Shown: positions 29,828 through 40,571 of the stretch, piece by piece
How the letters are laid out: every line of letters starts with the position of its first letter
How positions within the stretch are numbered: position 1 is the stretch's first letter
NCBI GenBank assembly: GCA_965215005.1
Contig: CBDCCZ010000044.1
Span: 110,522 to 174,521, forward strand
DNA length: 64,000 nt
Source: Kofleriaceae bacterium
GTDB lineage: Bacteria > Myxococcota_A > Polyangia > Haliangiales > Haliangiaceae
Direction: 5' to 3'
Notes under the pieces: model-generated
What the model was told of the DNA's origin: nothing
What the model saw: the letters and a program-made list of their open reading frames with translations, nothing else
Database searches by the model: none
Translations under genes and position numbers: made by a program

Positions 29828-30979
29828 CTAGCTGGCGCGGCCGGAGCGGCGTTTTGCTTCGCGAGCGATCAAATCGAGGATGCCGTCGAAGGTGTCGCGC
29901 AGGTGCCAGGCCTTTTCGGTGAAGCTCTCGGTGGTCTCGACGAGCAGCAGGCCCTGTCCGAGCGCTTCGCGCAGCCCTTCACATTCGAGCTGCTTTTCGA
30001 GTAGCACGGCAGCGCCCTCGTAGATGCGAAAGCACGCTTCGTGATTGCCATCGTTATACAGCGGCGCGCCGAGGTTGATCGCTTTCATGATGCTCTCGAA
30101 CGTCTCTATCAGCGCTTCTTCGCTGCAGCCGTCGACCAGGTCGAGCTCCAGCGTCGGGATGTTTCGCCGAAACGGCGCGGTGGCATCGCCGGGCGGTCCA
30201 GCACCTCCGAGCGCGGAAACCGCCTCGGAGTCATCGTTATCGGCCAAGAACGTGGCCAGGGATACTCCGCGTTGGATTTGCATGAGCGGACGCAGGTAAT
30301 TCGACGGCACCCCAAAGTTGAGATTCTGGCCTTCGGTGAAGATGGCCGTCGCTACTCCAATAACCTCTCCGTAGGGATTGAACAGCGGCCCACCGCTCGA
30401 GCCGTGCGAGATAGGCGCTGAGATCTGCAAGACGGTGAGGTCCTGGCTGATCGGCCGCACCGAGCTGATGAGACCATCGGAGACGGTGTAGTCGAGGACG
30501 CCCAGCGGATTGCCGATAGCGACGACGGGATCGCCCGCGGAGACTCCGTCGCTGTCACCGAGGACGAGCGAGGCAATCTCGCCTCGCGCGTTGATTTCAA
30601 CGATCGCCAGGTCGCGCTCAGGGTCGACGGCGACCACCTCCTCGATCTCATACTCGTCGCCGCCGAGCGTAGTGACCTTGACCGATTGAGCGCCGCGGAT
30701 GACGTGCAGGTTGGTGGCGATACGCCCGTCTCTCGACACGATGAATCCGGTCCCGACACCCTCGCGACCATCGGCGAACACGCTCTCGATGCGAACGATG
30801 GCGGGTTTACTGCGCTCGACGATTTCCTTGGCGGTCATGCGAGCGCGCTTGGGGGGCCGCAGTGTGCTCGAGCATCCTATGGCAAGCACCGCCAGAGCTG
30901 CGATTGCCGCCCAGCGCCCCCGTTGCGCGTTACCAGATGGCGATGGCCATGGCGACCGAACACAGCTGTTCACTCGCAC
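29828..30979 (-). CDS. Trypsin-like (S1C) serine protease lipoprotein with helical C-terminal domain
   Basis: [31 protein letters not shown]; lipobox AIGC; no PDZ. Confidence 0.88.
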   Translation of the reverse strand: MRVNSCVRSPWPSPSGNAQRGRWAAIAALAVLAIGCSSTLRPPKRARMTAKEIVERSKPAIVRIESVFADGREGVGTGFIVSRDGRIATNLHVIRGAQSVKVTTLGGDEYEIEEVVAVDPERDLAIVEINARGEIASLVLGDSDGVSAGDPVVAIGNPLGVLDYTVSDGLISSVRPISQDLTVLQISAPISHGSSGGPLFNPYGEVIGVATAIFTEGQNLNFGVPSNYLRPLMQIQRGVSLATFLADNDDSEAVSALGGAGPPGDATAPFRRNIPTLELDLVDGCSEEALIETFESIMKAINLGAPLYNDGNHEACFRIYEGAAVLLEKQLECEGLREALGQGLLLVETTESFTEKAWHLRDTFDGILDLIAREAKRRSGRAS

Positions 30980-31069
30980 ATTGTAGCTCGCTTCTGAGCC
31001 ATGGCATCGGGCAATGCTTTGCGCGCAAAGCGCACTGCACGCAGAGACTTACTTCGACCTACGCACGCG

Positions 31070-31633
31070 TCATTCGGGATCCACGGCAGGATCTCGTGTT
31101 GGACCAGCCCGCAACCGCACGGTCCGCAGCGCGGAGTTCACGGCCTCGTAATAAGCCTGTGGATCGAGCCGTGGGTCGATTCCTGATTTCAACCCAGCAT
31201 CGAGCTGCTCGAAGTACAGCGTCAGTCGCACCGCTTGATCATTGGGACAGTGCTCAGGAGCGGCGCGACACGCTTGCAGTGCCCGCAACGCCAGCTCCTG
31301 GGCCTTGTCGATCTCGAGCCGTTCGGCGTGGCTGGCTGAGGTTGCGAGCAGCGCTCTCCATGCGGTCGGCGACGGGGTGGCTGCGGCGTGGCCAGCGACG
31401 CGCGCGGCCCAGTCGGTCTGTTCGGCATCCACCAGGAGCTCGGCGAGCCGAGCCGCGGCTTGCCCATCGCCGGGGTCGACGGTGAGTCGGGTCTGATAGT
31501 AGGCAATGTCGCGAATGCGATCGCCTTCGGGAGGATACGCATGCGCGACAACGAACTGCCGATCGGGAAGGATCAGCACCACGAGCACGGTGAGTGCGAA
31601 GGCGATGTCGGCGATGCCGACGCGAAAGCGCAT
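31070..31633 (-). CDS. Membrane-anchored TPR-like hypothetical protein
   Basis: N-terminal TM; helical repeats (DPGDGQAAARLAELL). Confidence 0.65.
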   Translation of the reverse strand: MRFRVGIADIAFALTVLVVLILPDRQFVVAHAYPPEGDRIRDIAYYQTRLTVDPGDGQAAARLAELLVDAEQTDWAARVAGHAAATPSPTAWRALLATSASHAERLEIDKAQELALRALQACRAAPEHCPNDQAVRLTLYFEQLDAGLKSGIDPRLDPQAYYEAVNSALRTVRLRAGPTRDPAVDPE

Positions 31634-31665
31634 CGCTCATTGCTAACCCATCTCGCCATTAGCGG

Positions 31666-31772
31666 CCAGTACGACACCGCAAGAGTCGTGACGCGTTTGC
31701 CCCGCTTCCGGGCGTCTCCTTCATCGACCGTTGCTTTCTAGCGGCTCACGACTTCCGCCGTGAAACCACCAG
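31666..31772 (-). mobile_element. 99-bp short variant of the MITE-like element, copy 3 (31670-31768), flanked by a CTGG direct repeat
   Basis: Shares the 5' GGAA hairpin, GGAGACGCC and the 3' CGTA end; lacks the central long hairpin; CCAG at 31666-31669 and 31769-31772. Confidence 0.72.
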
Positions 31773-32048
31773 GTGCGATGAATCCGCACGGGTGCTGATG
31801 TGCGTGTCGCTCGCTCGTCTGACGCCGCTGCACTTGTATAAGAGCAGAGCGTTCGATGTCGGCGCAAACCTCGGAAGTAACGTGGAAAAATGCCCCGAGC
31901 CGTCCCACGGTGCCCCGGCATCCTTTCCCCGCGAGCGGCCGAGTCACGCTGTGGCGTTGTGATCCTGCCGAGTTAGTTCCGTGGTTCAGAACTTGCTGTC
32001 GGGTGCTGCTCGACCCCAACCACCGGCTAGCAGGAGGCCGCAGACAAC

Positions 32049-32696
32049 ATGGGTATCCTCAAGGGAATCTCCGAAGCGTTTCACGAGGGCGGACCGGGCA
32101 TGTGGCCCATCCTCTTCACCTCTATCGTCATCATCGCGATCATCGTCGAGCGCGCCGTTTACCTGTTCAAGGCATCGGTGGATAAAGACAAGCTCCTCGC
32201 GCTGCTCAAGAGCCAAGTGATGAGCGGCAACGTGCAAGGTGCCATCAAGGTGTGTTCGGCCAATGCCACACCCATGACGCGCATCGTGCAGGCCGGGCTG
32301 ATGAAGTTCAACAAGACCGATCACGAGGTCCAGGCCGCGATGGATGAAGCCGCGCTCCGCGAGCTTCCCAAGATCAATCAGCGCACGCCGTACCTGGCGA
32401 TGCTCGCCAACTTCGCCGTGATGGCAGGTCTCATGGGAACCATCTACGGCATGATCAAGGCGTTCGGCTCGGTGGCGGGCGAGGACTCCTCGAACAAGGC
32501 GGCGGTGCTGGCCGAAGGTATCTCGGAGGCACTCAACTGCACCTTCTTCGGTATCGGCGTGTCGCTCCTGGGCCTGCTCGGCTTCTCGTTGCTAATGGCC
32601 AAGACCACGCGCATCACCGACGACATCAACGAAGTTGCCGTTCAGGTCGTCAACCTGGTCACCTCGCATCGCGCGCAAATGCAGCCCGGGGCGTGA
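32049..32696 (+). CDS. aglR: MotA/TolQ/ExbB proton-channel subunit, AglR-like gliding motor
   Basis: IIVERAVYL, YLAMLAN..GLMGTIYGMI..F, LAEGISEAL..T; AGGAGG RBS; followed by two ExbD genes. Confidence 0.8.
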   Translation: MGILKGISEAFHEGGPGMWPILFTSIVIIAIIVERAVYLFKASVDKDKLLALLKSQVMSGNVQGAIKVCSANATPMTRIVQAGLMKFNKTDHEVQAAMDEAALRELPKINQRTPYLAMLANFAVMAGLMGTIYGMIKAFGSVAGEDSSNKAAVLAEGISEALNCTFFGIGVSLLGLLGFSLLMAKTTRITDDINEVAVQVVNLVTSHRAQMQPGA

Positions 32697-32720
32697 GCCA
32701 CCCGCTGAGGAGGCCATGGT

Positions 32721-33212
32721 ATGGGCGCATCGATAGATACAGGCGATAAAAAGAGCCTCAACGTCGAGCTCAACATCGTCCCGTTCATCGACCTGATGAG
32801 CTGCCTCACCGCGTTCTTGCTGGTGACGGCGGTGTGGACCAACGTCGCGCAGATCAACATCAAGCCCAAGGGAATCGGGCGAGATGCGGAGAAGACCCTC
32901 CAGGAGGAGGAGCCGGTTCGCGCGTCGGTGCTGCTGCAGGAGGACTCCATCTGGGTTGGCCTGAGCCGCATCAACGACTTTCGGCAGATAAAGCGCGAAG
33001 GGGAAGAGTACGACTGGGAGGCCTTCGCCGAGGTGCTAACCGAGCACAAGCAGTCGGCGTTCTTCGCCGATCGGAATGACATCGAAATCGCCGCTGACGA
33101 TAAGGTCCCGTATCAAACGATCATCACGGCGATGGACGCGGCCATTGCGGCGGGCTTTCGCGACGTCGGGCTATCGGATCCGGAATCGCTGTCTGCGCGG
33201 CCGCAGCTCTAG
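32721..33212 (+). CDS. aglQ: ExbD/TolR family, AglQ-like
   Basis: KKSLNVELNIVPFIDLMSCLTAFLLVTAVW with the conserved TM Asp; AGGAGG RBS. Confidence 0.8.
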   Translation: MGASIDTGDKKSLNVELNIVPFIDLMSCLTAFLLVTAVWTNVAQINIKPKGIGRDAEKTLQEEEPVRASVLLQEDSIWVGLSRINDFRQIKREGEEYDWEAFAEVLTEHKQSAFFADRNDIEIAADDKVPYQTIITAMDAAIAAGFRDVGLSDPESLSARPQL

Positions 33213-33221
33213 GGGGACGCG

Positions 33222-33827
33222 ATGCCAGTACACTCACCAGGTTCCAGACTCTATAGCTCTGTTCCCCTCAAGCATGTAGTGCCGAAGGGGCATGGGGGCG
33301 GCGGAGCCAACGGCAACATCGCCCTCAACTTGACTCCCTTCGTCGACATGATGACGATTTTGGTCACCTTCCTGTTGATGGTGTTCTCCGCCTCCGGAGA
33401 CATCCTGATGTCGCAGAAGGGGCTCGAGCTGCCCGAAGCCACCAACAAAGACGTCCTTCAGCGGGCGCCGGTCATCATCATTACGCAGGATGCAATCACC
33501 TTCAATGGTGAGCACATGGCGGATGTTGAAGCGTTGATCAACGACACGACTCCGCAATGGAAGGTGGTCGAGTTGTTCGAGCGGATGAAGACCGAAAAGC
33601 GGCTCTTCACGCTCAACTTCGAAGACTTGCCCGAGTCGGAGAAGGCCCGCTGCGATCCGGGATTCGAGCAGAAGTCCGGTTTGTATTGTCTCGATGGCCT
33701 TGCGATTCTGCAGGCCGATAAGGCGGTGCCGGCCAAGGTCATCAATCGTATCCTCAAGACCGCGAACGCTGCCGGGTACGGCAACATCATGTTCGCCGTG
33801 AATCGCCGCGCCTCTCGCAGCGGCTGA
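33222..33827 (+). CDS. aglS: ExbD/TolR family, AglS-like
   Basis: Extended MPVHSPG..GHGGG N-terminus, LNLTPFVDMMTILV.FLL..FSASG, QADK..P. Confidence 0.8.
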   Translation: MPVHSPGSRLYSSVPLKHVVPKGHGGGGANGNIALNLTPFVDMMTILVTFLLMVFSASGDILMSQKGLELPEATNKDVLQRAPVIIITQDAITFNGEHMADVEALINDTTPQWKVVELFERMKTEKRLFTLNFEDLPESEKARCDPGFEQKSGLYCLDGLAILQADKAVPAKVINRILKTANAAGYGNIMFAVNRRASRSG

Positions 33828-33846
33828 GTCCCACCCTAGCTCTCTT

Positions 33847-33878
33847 GCAGCGCGGCAGAAACCACTCTGCCGCGCTGT
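33847..33878 (+). terminator. GC-rich stem-loop after aglS (terminator or mRNA-stabilising hairpin)
   Basis: GCAGCGCGGCAGA-aaccac-TCTGCCGCGCTGT; weak U-tract. Confidence 0.45.
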
Positions 33879-33949
33879 TGCTTGCAAAAATCGCGCTGGT
33901 GTAAGCTCGCCAGCGCAATCTTCGAGAACCATCAGGAAAGGAAGCGCTG

Positions 33950-35914
33950 ATGCACGTACGAGGCGCTGTCGCGCGTTGGCTGATGCACGCCGCGATCACT
34001 CTCTCGCTAACGTTGCTCGCCACCGGATGCCCCTCGGATCCGTATGCGGCGGACACGTGGATCGATAAGCTCGACGACCCCAATGAGGTCGAGCGCGCGG
34101 TAACGGAGCTCCAGCGACTGCGGGATCAAAAGGCAATTCCGCCGCTGGCCAAGACCTGGCGCAAGCACAACCGCGACGCTCGCGTCCTGAAGGTGATCAT
34201 CGAGCTCGCCGAGGGGCATCCCGGAGATCCGGAGCTGAAAATCAAGCCTATCGAGCCCAAATGGGACGCGGCGGTTCCGGTACTGATGGAGGCGGTGGCG
34301 GAGTTCGACATTGGCGATCAAAAGTCCATCGAGAACGCCACGGTCGCCGCCGACGCGCTCGGCAAGTCGGGCGACCCGGAGGCGGTGCAGACGCTAATCG
34401 ATGCCGCCAACAAGAAGATGCCCAAGCTGTCGCCCGGCCAGCGGGTGCGGCTGGCGGCGATCTCGGCGCTCGGCAAGTTCGGCGATAACCAACGCGCTGT
34501 CGATGCGCTGGTCAAGGTGCTGGAGGCAGATCCGGAAGAGCAGCGTATCGAGCTGTTTGGCGCCGCGGCCAATGCTCTCGCCGACGCGCAAAGTCCCAAG
34601 GCTATCGTGCCGCTGCTCAAGACCATGTACGCGATGCCGCCGCTCTATCAGCAAACCCGGCGGGCGCTAATTGCTATCGGCAAGCCGGCAGTCGCCGAGG
34701 TCATCAAGGTGTTCAAGAACGAGCATCCCGAGCTGACGGCGCTGGCCAAGGAGCTCAAGTTCAACGTCAACTGTGGCAGCGGAATGGGGCCCGATACCTC
34801 GTGCATCGCGCCGACCAATCTCGAGTTCAAAGCGGCCACGCTGCTCGGCGACATGCAGGCGCGCGAGGCGCTCGATGCGCTGCATGCGGAGCTCGACAAG
34901 CGCGGCCTGCCCGCCTTCTTCGATCCCAACACGGGGCCTGGACCCACGCAGCACGCCGCGGTGCTCGATGCGCTTCGCAAGCTCAACGACCCATCCTCGG
35001 CTGCCAAGGTGTGGGCCTACGCTGGCAAAGCCTCGGACTCGAGCATTAAAGCCATGGCGACCGATGTGTATTCGTTCGTCGCGCGATCGCCTGACGATGC
35101 GGCGATGAAGCAGCTCGCGGCTTCACTCGGCGATACCAGTGGTGCCAATTTCCCACTGGCAGTGGCCTCCGGCGTTGCTTACGGTCGGCTTGTCACCAAA
35201 GAGGATCAGCTCGCGCCCATTCGGGCGGTGGTGGTCAAGTTCGACAAGGCCGCCGATGAAGCCGACGCCAAGGCAAAGCCGCTGGTTGCGAGCTTCGAAA
35301 AGGCTCAAAAGGACGTCGCCGAGCTGCGAGCAAAACGCGCCAATGCGGGCGGAGCGGAGCTTGCGCAGCTCGAAGCCAAGATCATCGAGGCGCAGGATGT
35401 GGTGAACGAGCGCGAGGACAGCAAGCGCGATCCGGAAAACCAATCGCTCAACCTGCGCGCCAGTCAGCGCGAGTTTCAGTACATGCTGGCGCGGGCGCTC
35501 GTGGGCATCAAGTGTGGCAGCAAGACCGAGTGCTATGCGCAGGTGCTGAGCTACACGCCAAGCGATGCCGCCGCGCTGCTCGGTAAGGATGCGCAGGACT
35601 TCAAAGACTGGCCCAAGGCGCATCAAGACGAGCTGCGCATCGCGGCTCAGGAGCGGGCGCTGCTAGAGCTTGCCAAGCTGGGAGACAAGGGGCGTCCGGC
35701 GGTCGATGAGCTGCTCAAAGTGGTTGGCTCCACCGATCGCGTGGTGCGGCAGGGGGCGATGATGGCCCTCATCCACACCGCGGAGCTGCCGTGCACTAAG
35801 TGCGTCGACACGCTCGATGCAATCATCAAGGACCAGCAAGAGCAGTCGACGCTGGTCGCCCTCACCACCGATACCCAAGCGGTGCGCAACTACTTCCTCT
35901 GGGCCGGCAAGTAG
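33950..35914 (+). CDS. HEAT-repeat lipoprotein
   Basis: Lipobox LATGC; repeated AADALGK..AVQTLI / AAISALGKFG HEAT motifs; coiled-coil insert. Confidence 0.82.
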   Translation: MHVRGAVARWLMHAAITLSLTLLATGCPSDPYAADTWIDKLDDPNEVERAVTELQRLRDQKAIPPLAKTWRKHNRDARVLKVIIELAEGHPGDPELKIKPIEPKWDAAVPVLMEAVAEFDIGDQKSIENATVAADALGKSGDPEAVQTLIDAANKKMPKLSPGQRVRLAAISALGKFGDNQRAVDALVKVLEADPEEQRIELFGAAANALADAQSPKAIVPLLKTMYAMPPLYQQTRRALIAIGKPAVAEVIKVFKNEHPELTALAKELKFNVNCGSGMGPDTSCIAPTNLEFKAATLLGDMQAREALDALHAELDKRGLPAFFDPNTGPGPTQHAAVLDALRKLNDPSSAAKVWAYAGKASDSSIKAMATDVYSFVARSPDDAAMKQLAASLGDTSGANFPLAVASGVAYGRLVTKEDQLAPIRAVVVKFDKAADEADAKAKPLVASFEKAQKDVAELRAKRANAGGAELAQLEAKIIEAQDVVNEREDSKRDPENQSLNLRASQREFQYMLARALVGIKCGSKTECYAQVLSYTPSDAAALLGKDAQDFKDWPKAHQDELRIAAQERALLELAKLGDKGRPAVDELLKVVGSTDRVVRQGAMMALIHTAELPCTKCVDTLDAIIKDQQEQSTLVALTTDTQAVRNYFLWAGK

Positions 35915-35938
35915 AGCTGCTAAGCAGCGATTGATAGG

Positions 35939-35969
35939 AGGCCGGGCGGAGCAATCCCCCGGCCTTTTT
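35939..35969 (+). terminator. Intrinsic terminator
   Basis: AGGCCGGG-C-GGA-GCAA-TCC-CCCGGCCT followed by TTTT. Confidence 0.75.
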
Positions 35970-36071
35970 GCACGTGCGCCGCGGGAAGCGCGCGATCATG
36001 CACCGTTGCAGCGACCCGGCTGCTCCTTGCGATGGCCAAGAAGCAGCCGAGCGTGACTCATAGAGCCAACG

Positions 36072-36148
<77 letters not shown>

Positions 36149-36234
36149 AGAAAGGGTTTCTATGTACTGCGGTTTTGCGGCCTCGTCGATACCGCGCAGC
36201 CACTTTTGCGCCGCTGACGCATAGCAGCGACCAT

Positions 36235-36311
<77 letters not shown>

Positions 36312-36396
36312 CAAAGGAGACGCGCGCCGATCAGACGACGTGCTGTCACCGCACAGCTCCGACAGGTGCCGACTTATCATTTATCAAGGATCGTAA

Positions 36397-36473
<77 letters not shown>

Positions 36474-36495
36474 AAAGAAAAACGTTCCGGGTGAT

Positions 36496-37131
36496 TTACC
36501 GGGAACGCTCGGTGGTTGCAAGGCCGAAGTAGGCGATCAGTTGCGGCTTCATGCGCCGCATCGCCGCGGCGCGGTGGCTGCGGTCGTTCTTGCTGCCCAG
36601 CCCGAGCTCCGCAAAGGTGGCGCCGAGCTCGGGCACCCAGAACAGCGGGTCGTAGCCAAAGCCGCCACTGCCGCGGCCCTCGCGCAGAATCTGACCTTCG
36701 CAGGCGCCTTCGCAGACGATGACGTCGTCGCCGAGCTTGCCGCGGACGTCGGCGAGCGCCAGGGCGGAGCGGAACCGGGCGGTCCGCGGCTCGGGCGCCG
36801 AGGCCAGTGCCGCCAACAGCTTGGCGTTGTTGCTGGCATCGGTGGCGCCGGCGCCGGCGTAGCGCGCGCTCCAGACGCCGGGCGCGCCGTCGAGCGCATC
36901 GACCTCGAGCCCGCTGTCGTCGGCGAGCGCCGGCAATCCCGTGGCCGCGGAATACTCGCGCGCTTTCTTGGCAGCGTTGCCCGCAAAGGTCGTGGCGTCT
37001 TCCATGACCTCAGGCGGCATCTCGGGCAACTCGTCCAGGCTCATGATCACAACCCCGAGCTCGGCCAGAAGCTCGCGCAGCTCGGCCACCTTGCCGCGGT
37101 TGCGGGTCGCGAACAGCAGCCGGGCGGTCAC
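36496..37131 (-). CDS. rdgB: Non-canonical purine NTP pyrophosphatase (RdgB/HAM1)
   Basis: [46 protein letters not shown] overlaps the rph stop. Confidence 0.96.
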   Translation of the reverse strand: MTARLLFATRNRGKVAELRELLAELGVVIMSLDELPEMPPEVMEDATTFAGNAAKKAREYSAATGLPALADDSGLEVDALDGAPGVWSARYAGAGATDASNNAKLLAALASAPEPRTARFRSALALADVRGKLGDDVIVCEGACEGQILREGRGSGGFGYDPLFWVPELGATFAELGLGSKNDRSHRAAAMRRMKPQLIAYFGLATTERSR

Positions 37132-37847
37132 CGGCTCGCCGCCTCGATAGCGCGGCGCTGCAGCTGGCAAAGCTCGGCGATACCAGCGGTAGCGAGGTCG
37201 AGCAGCGCGTCCAAGGCCGCGCGGTCGAATGGCTGCCGTTCAGCGGTGCCTTGCACCTCGATGAGCTTGCCGCCGGCGGTCATGACCACGTTCATGTCGA
37301 CCTCGGCGCGCGAGTCTTCTTCGTAGGGCAAGTCGAGGCGCGGCTCGCCGTCGATGATTCCCACTGAAACCGCGGCGATGGGCTCGCGCAAGACCTTCGC
37401 GGCCTCCGGTATGGCGCCAGCGCGGGTAAGCCGCTCGACAGCGAGCGCCACGGCCACGAACGCGCCGGTAATCGCCGCCACGCGGGTGCCGCCGTCGGCG
37501 CTGAGCACATCGCAGTCGACGGTGATGGTGTGCTCGCCGAGTGCCGAGGTATCGACGCCGGCGCGCAGCGAGCGGCCGATCAAGCGCTGAATCTCTTTGC
37601 CGCGTCCCCCGGGCGACCGTCCTGAGCGCGTGTGCGTGGCGCGCGGCAGCATCGCGTATTCTGCCGTGACCCAGCCGCGGCCCTTGCCGGCGAGGAACGG
37701 CGGGACTCCGGCTTCGACCGACGCGGCGCAGAGCACCCACGTCTCGCCGGTTTTGATGAGCGCGCTGCCCTCGGCATGCTTTTGGAAACCGCAGGTGATC
37801 TCCACCGGACGAAGCTGATCGGGACGCCTGCCATCTTTGCGAGTCAT
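37128..37847 (-). CDS. rph: Ribonuclease PH
   Basis: [53 protein letters not shown]. Confidence 0.97.
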   Translation of the reverse strand: MTRKDGRRPDQLRPVEITCGFQKHAEGSALIKTGETWVLCAASVEAGVPPFLAGKGRGWVTAEYAMLPRATHTRSGRSPGGRGKEIQRLIGRSLRAGVDTSALGEHTITVDCDVLSADGGTRVAAITGAFVAVALAVERLTRAGAIPEAAKVLREPIAAVSVGIIDGEPRLDLPYEEDSRAEVDMNVVMTAGGKLIEVQGTAERQPFDRAALDALLDLATAGIAELCQLQRRAIEAASR

Positions 37848-37960
37848 GGCCGCCGAGCCTAATGGAATGCGGCGCGAGCTGCTACCACGAGGTCCTCGCC
37901 ATGCAGCTCCCCGCGGGATTGTTACTTTGCGAGCGGTTTGCCGACTTACGCCGCAACCCT

Positions 37961-38704
37961 CTAGCCGGGGGGCGGCAGCTCGAGCGAGTCGGCGATAGCT
38001 GTCGCCAACGCCGCCGCGATCGCCGCCTGCACGGTGGGCTCGAGGAGCTCGCGACCTTCCGACGGATGGTCGATGAAGCCGACCTCGACCAGCACCGCTG
38101 GCATGGTTGCTCCGAGCAGCACGTCCATCGACTCCTGACGTACCCCGCGGTCGCCGCTCGCGCCGCGCACCCGGCGGAGGGCGGCTTGAATTCTGGCCGC
38201 CAACGCCGCGGCCGGTGCTTGCGCGGCGACACGCTCGACGTCGTCTAGCAGCAGGGCGAGCTCGGGATCGAGGTCGGGCCGTGGGGCGCCGTCGGCTTGT
38301 CGCAAGGCGCGGCCATCGACCTCGATCGCCCGCGGCGTGAGGACGTACGTCTCGTAACCGCGCTGGGTGTGGGTGCGCGTGGCGTTGCCGTGTAGGCTCA
38401 CGAACACGTCGGCTTGCAGCTGATTGGCCATGGCAACGCGCTGGCGCAGGGTGAGATAGCGGTCGGTCTCGCGGGTGAGGATCACGTCGGCACCGCGGGC
38501 CACTAGCGCCGCTTCGAGCCGTCTGGCCAACGCGGCGGTGAAGCGCTTCTCGTACACGTCAACCTCGGTTCCCGGAGCCCCGGTATTGGTGCCGCCGTGG
38601 CCGGGATCGATCATCACCAGGGGCCGCTCGGTGCGCGGGGATTGCGCAGCGCCCGCTGCGCCTATGCCCATCACCACTGCGAAAACCAACAGCGACGCTC
38701 GCAT
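37961..38704 (-). CDS. N-acetylmuramoyl-L-alanine amidase (Amidase_3)
   Basis: [38 protein letters not shown]; signal peptide. Confidence 0.93.
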   Translation of the reverse strand: MRASLLVFAVVMGIGAAGAAQSPRTERPLVMIDPGHGGTNTGAPGTEVDVYEKRFTAALARRLEAALVARGADVILTRETDRYLTLRQRVAMANQLQADVFVSLHGNATRTHTQRGYETYVLTPRAIEVDGRALRQADGAPRPDLDPELALLLDDVERVAAQAPAAALAARIQAALRRVRGASGDRGVRQESMDVLLGATMPAVLVEVGFIDHPSEGRELLEPTVQAAIAAALATAIADSLELPPPG

Positions 38705-38856
38705 GCCCGGGCTACGATAGCAGCTTGGGCAAGAAACCGCGGTCTTGACCCAGCTCGGCCACGTCGCTAGCGTTTCATGTTGTTCATGCTGTCACCCAAG
38801 CCTCGCCTGTTGGTCGCCTCGGTGCTGCCCGCGCGGCCACTTGCTGAGGCGCCCCA

Positions 38857-40482
38857 GTGCGTGTGAGGCCGCCGCTCGCGCTCCTGCTGCTTCTCGCTAC
38901 GGCGGCGGAACTGGCGCTCAACCGGCTTGCAGTGCCGGCGCTGCGTCCTGCGGGCGATGCCGCGCCGCCGCTCTGGCACCGCTTGCTCGATCATGTAGGG
39001 CTGTTCGCGCTGTACTTCGCTTCGCTACTGGCGGTGGGAGTGCTTGCATGGGAGCTGTGGCGGCTGGCGCGTGGAGCGGCGCCGTATCCGCTGTGGGTGC
39101 GCGCCATTGTCGTGGCTGCTGGCATTCCATTGACCACGCTCGGGCTGCTGCTCATCGCGATCTCGCCCGGCGCCGACCTCAGCTTCATGCTCGACACCTC
39201 GTTTACGCTCATGGTGCTGGTCATCGCGTTGGCGCAGCTCACCTCGCGCGGCGAGCTGGCGGTCAAGGTAGGGCTGCTGCTACTGGCGACGCCGCTGCTG
39301 GTTCATTACTACGAGCCGTTCGCGCTGCGCTTCTTGGGCGGCGAAGAGGCGGCGTGGGAGGGGCTTCCGGAACGCGTGCGCCGCTATGGACAATGGACCA
39401 TGGTCGTTGCGGCGCTGGTTTCGCCGTATGCGTTTGCGCCGCGGCCGCTGTTTCGCACGCTCGGGAAGCTGGCACCTCTCACAGTAGGCGCTTCGGTCGG
39501 AGTGTTGAGCGGTGTGATTCTGCGGCAACACTATGAGGTGGGAATGCTGGTGGCCTCGCGCGGCCTCGGCATCGATCTCGGTCCCGGTGCTCCTCTCGAG
39601 CAGGTTGCTCTCTATCTGCTCGCGCTCGCGACGATCGGCTGGACCCTCACGGCTTGTTTTCTGGCCGAGTCGCCGGCACGCCGCGGCATCGGCATTGGCG
39701 TCGCGCTGGTTGCGATCGGCGGCTACGCGTTTTCTTGGCCGCTGCAGTATCTGGTGGGAGTGGTGGGACTGTTGGTGGTGGGCGCGGGCGCTACCGCGGT
39801 GGCGGCTCAAGAGCACGACGCCGAGGCTGTCGCTGCCAGAGGCCCGCCGGTGAGCGACGACGTCTGGAACGGCTATGTCGCCGCGTTGGCTGAGGCGCTG
39901 CGATCCTCGGGCAGCTCGGTGTCGGTGTTGACGGCACGTGGGGAGGAGGAGTGCAACGTCACCCACGTGGTCACCGAGCGTCGAGGCGTCCCGCTGCGCG
40001 CTCGCCTCGAACGCGTGGGCGAAGCCATCGTCGCCATCGACATTTTATGCGGCGAAGAGGTCGGCGATAGTGCGCCCGACTTCACGCTGCAAACCCGGCC
40101 CGAGCGGCGCATCCATCACCCGCGTCACGCCCGCCATCCGGCGCCGCCGCGCACCGACGCACCCCTCGCTCGCACCCAAGATGCAAACTTCGATGCCCGG
40201 TTTCGCTGTCGTGATGGCGGCCAAGGTCGGCTCAGCGAGCAGCTCTTCGATGACGGCCTCCGCGCTCGCGCTACCGCCGTGCTCGATGGCTGGCTGGCGC
40301 TTTGGCCGGGCCGAGCGCTTCGATATCGCGTTCATCCCGGGGTTGGCGCGCCTCTCGATCATCCCATTCCCATCACCGAGCTGGCATTTCGCGGTGCCGC
40401 GGTTCCGCCTTCGGTTGAGCGACTCGTCACGCTCATCGACCTGCTGGTCGACTTGGCTTCTCGCGCAGGCCTCCGCACGTAG
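38857..40482 (+). CDS. Polytopic membrane protein with soluble C-terminal domain, hypothetical
   Basis: Many hydrophobic segments in the N-terminal ~315 aa; no family recognised. Confidence 0.7.
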   Translation: MRVRPPLALLLLLATAAELALNRLAVPALRPAGDAAPPLWHRLLDHVGLFALYFASLLAVGVLAWELWRLARGAAPYPLWVRAIVVAAGIPLTTLGLLLIAISPGADLSFMLDTSFTLMVLVIALAQLTSRGELAVKVGLLLLATPLLVHYYEPFALRFLGGEEAAWEGLPERVRRYGQWTMVVAALVSPYAFAPRPLFRTLGKLAPLTVGASVGVLSGVILRQHYEVGMLVASRGLGIDLGPGAPLEQVALYLLALATIGWTLTACFLAESPARRGIGIGVALVAIGGYAFSWPLQYLVGVVGLLVVGAGATAVAAQEHDAEAVAARGPPVSDDVWNGYVAALAEALRSSGSSVSVLTARGEEECNVTHVVTERRGVPLRARLERVGEAIVAIDILCGEEVGDSAPDFTLQTRPERRIHHPRHARHPAPPRTDAPLARTQDANFDARFRCRDGGQGRLSEQLFDDGLRARATAVLDGWLALWPGRALRYRVHPGVGAPLDHPIPITELAFRGAAVPPSVERLVTLIDLLVDLASRAGLRT

Positions 40483-40571
40483 TAGCGGCTGCTCCACGAG
40501 CCTCGACTCGCGCAGCGCCACCGACCTCGACGTGTTCAAGCTTTGACCCCACGCAGCCGATTCAACGGGCC

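Noticed and set aside
31850..31900. c-di-GMP-I/GEMM riboswitch upstream of aglR (GCAAACC seen)
   Set aside because: The GNRA-capped P2 stem and downstream GACGCAAAG motif are missing
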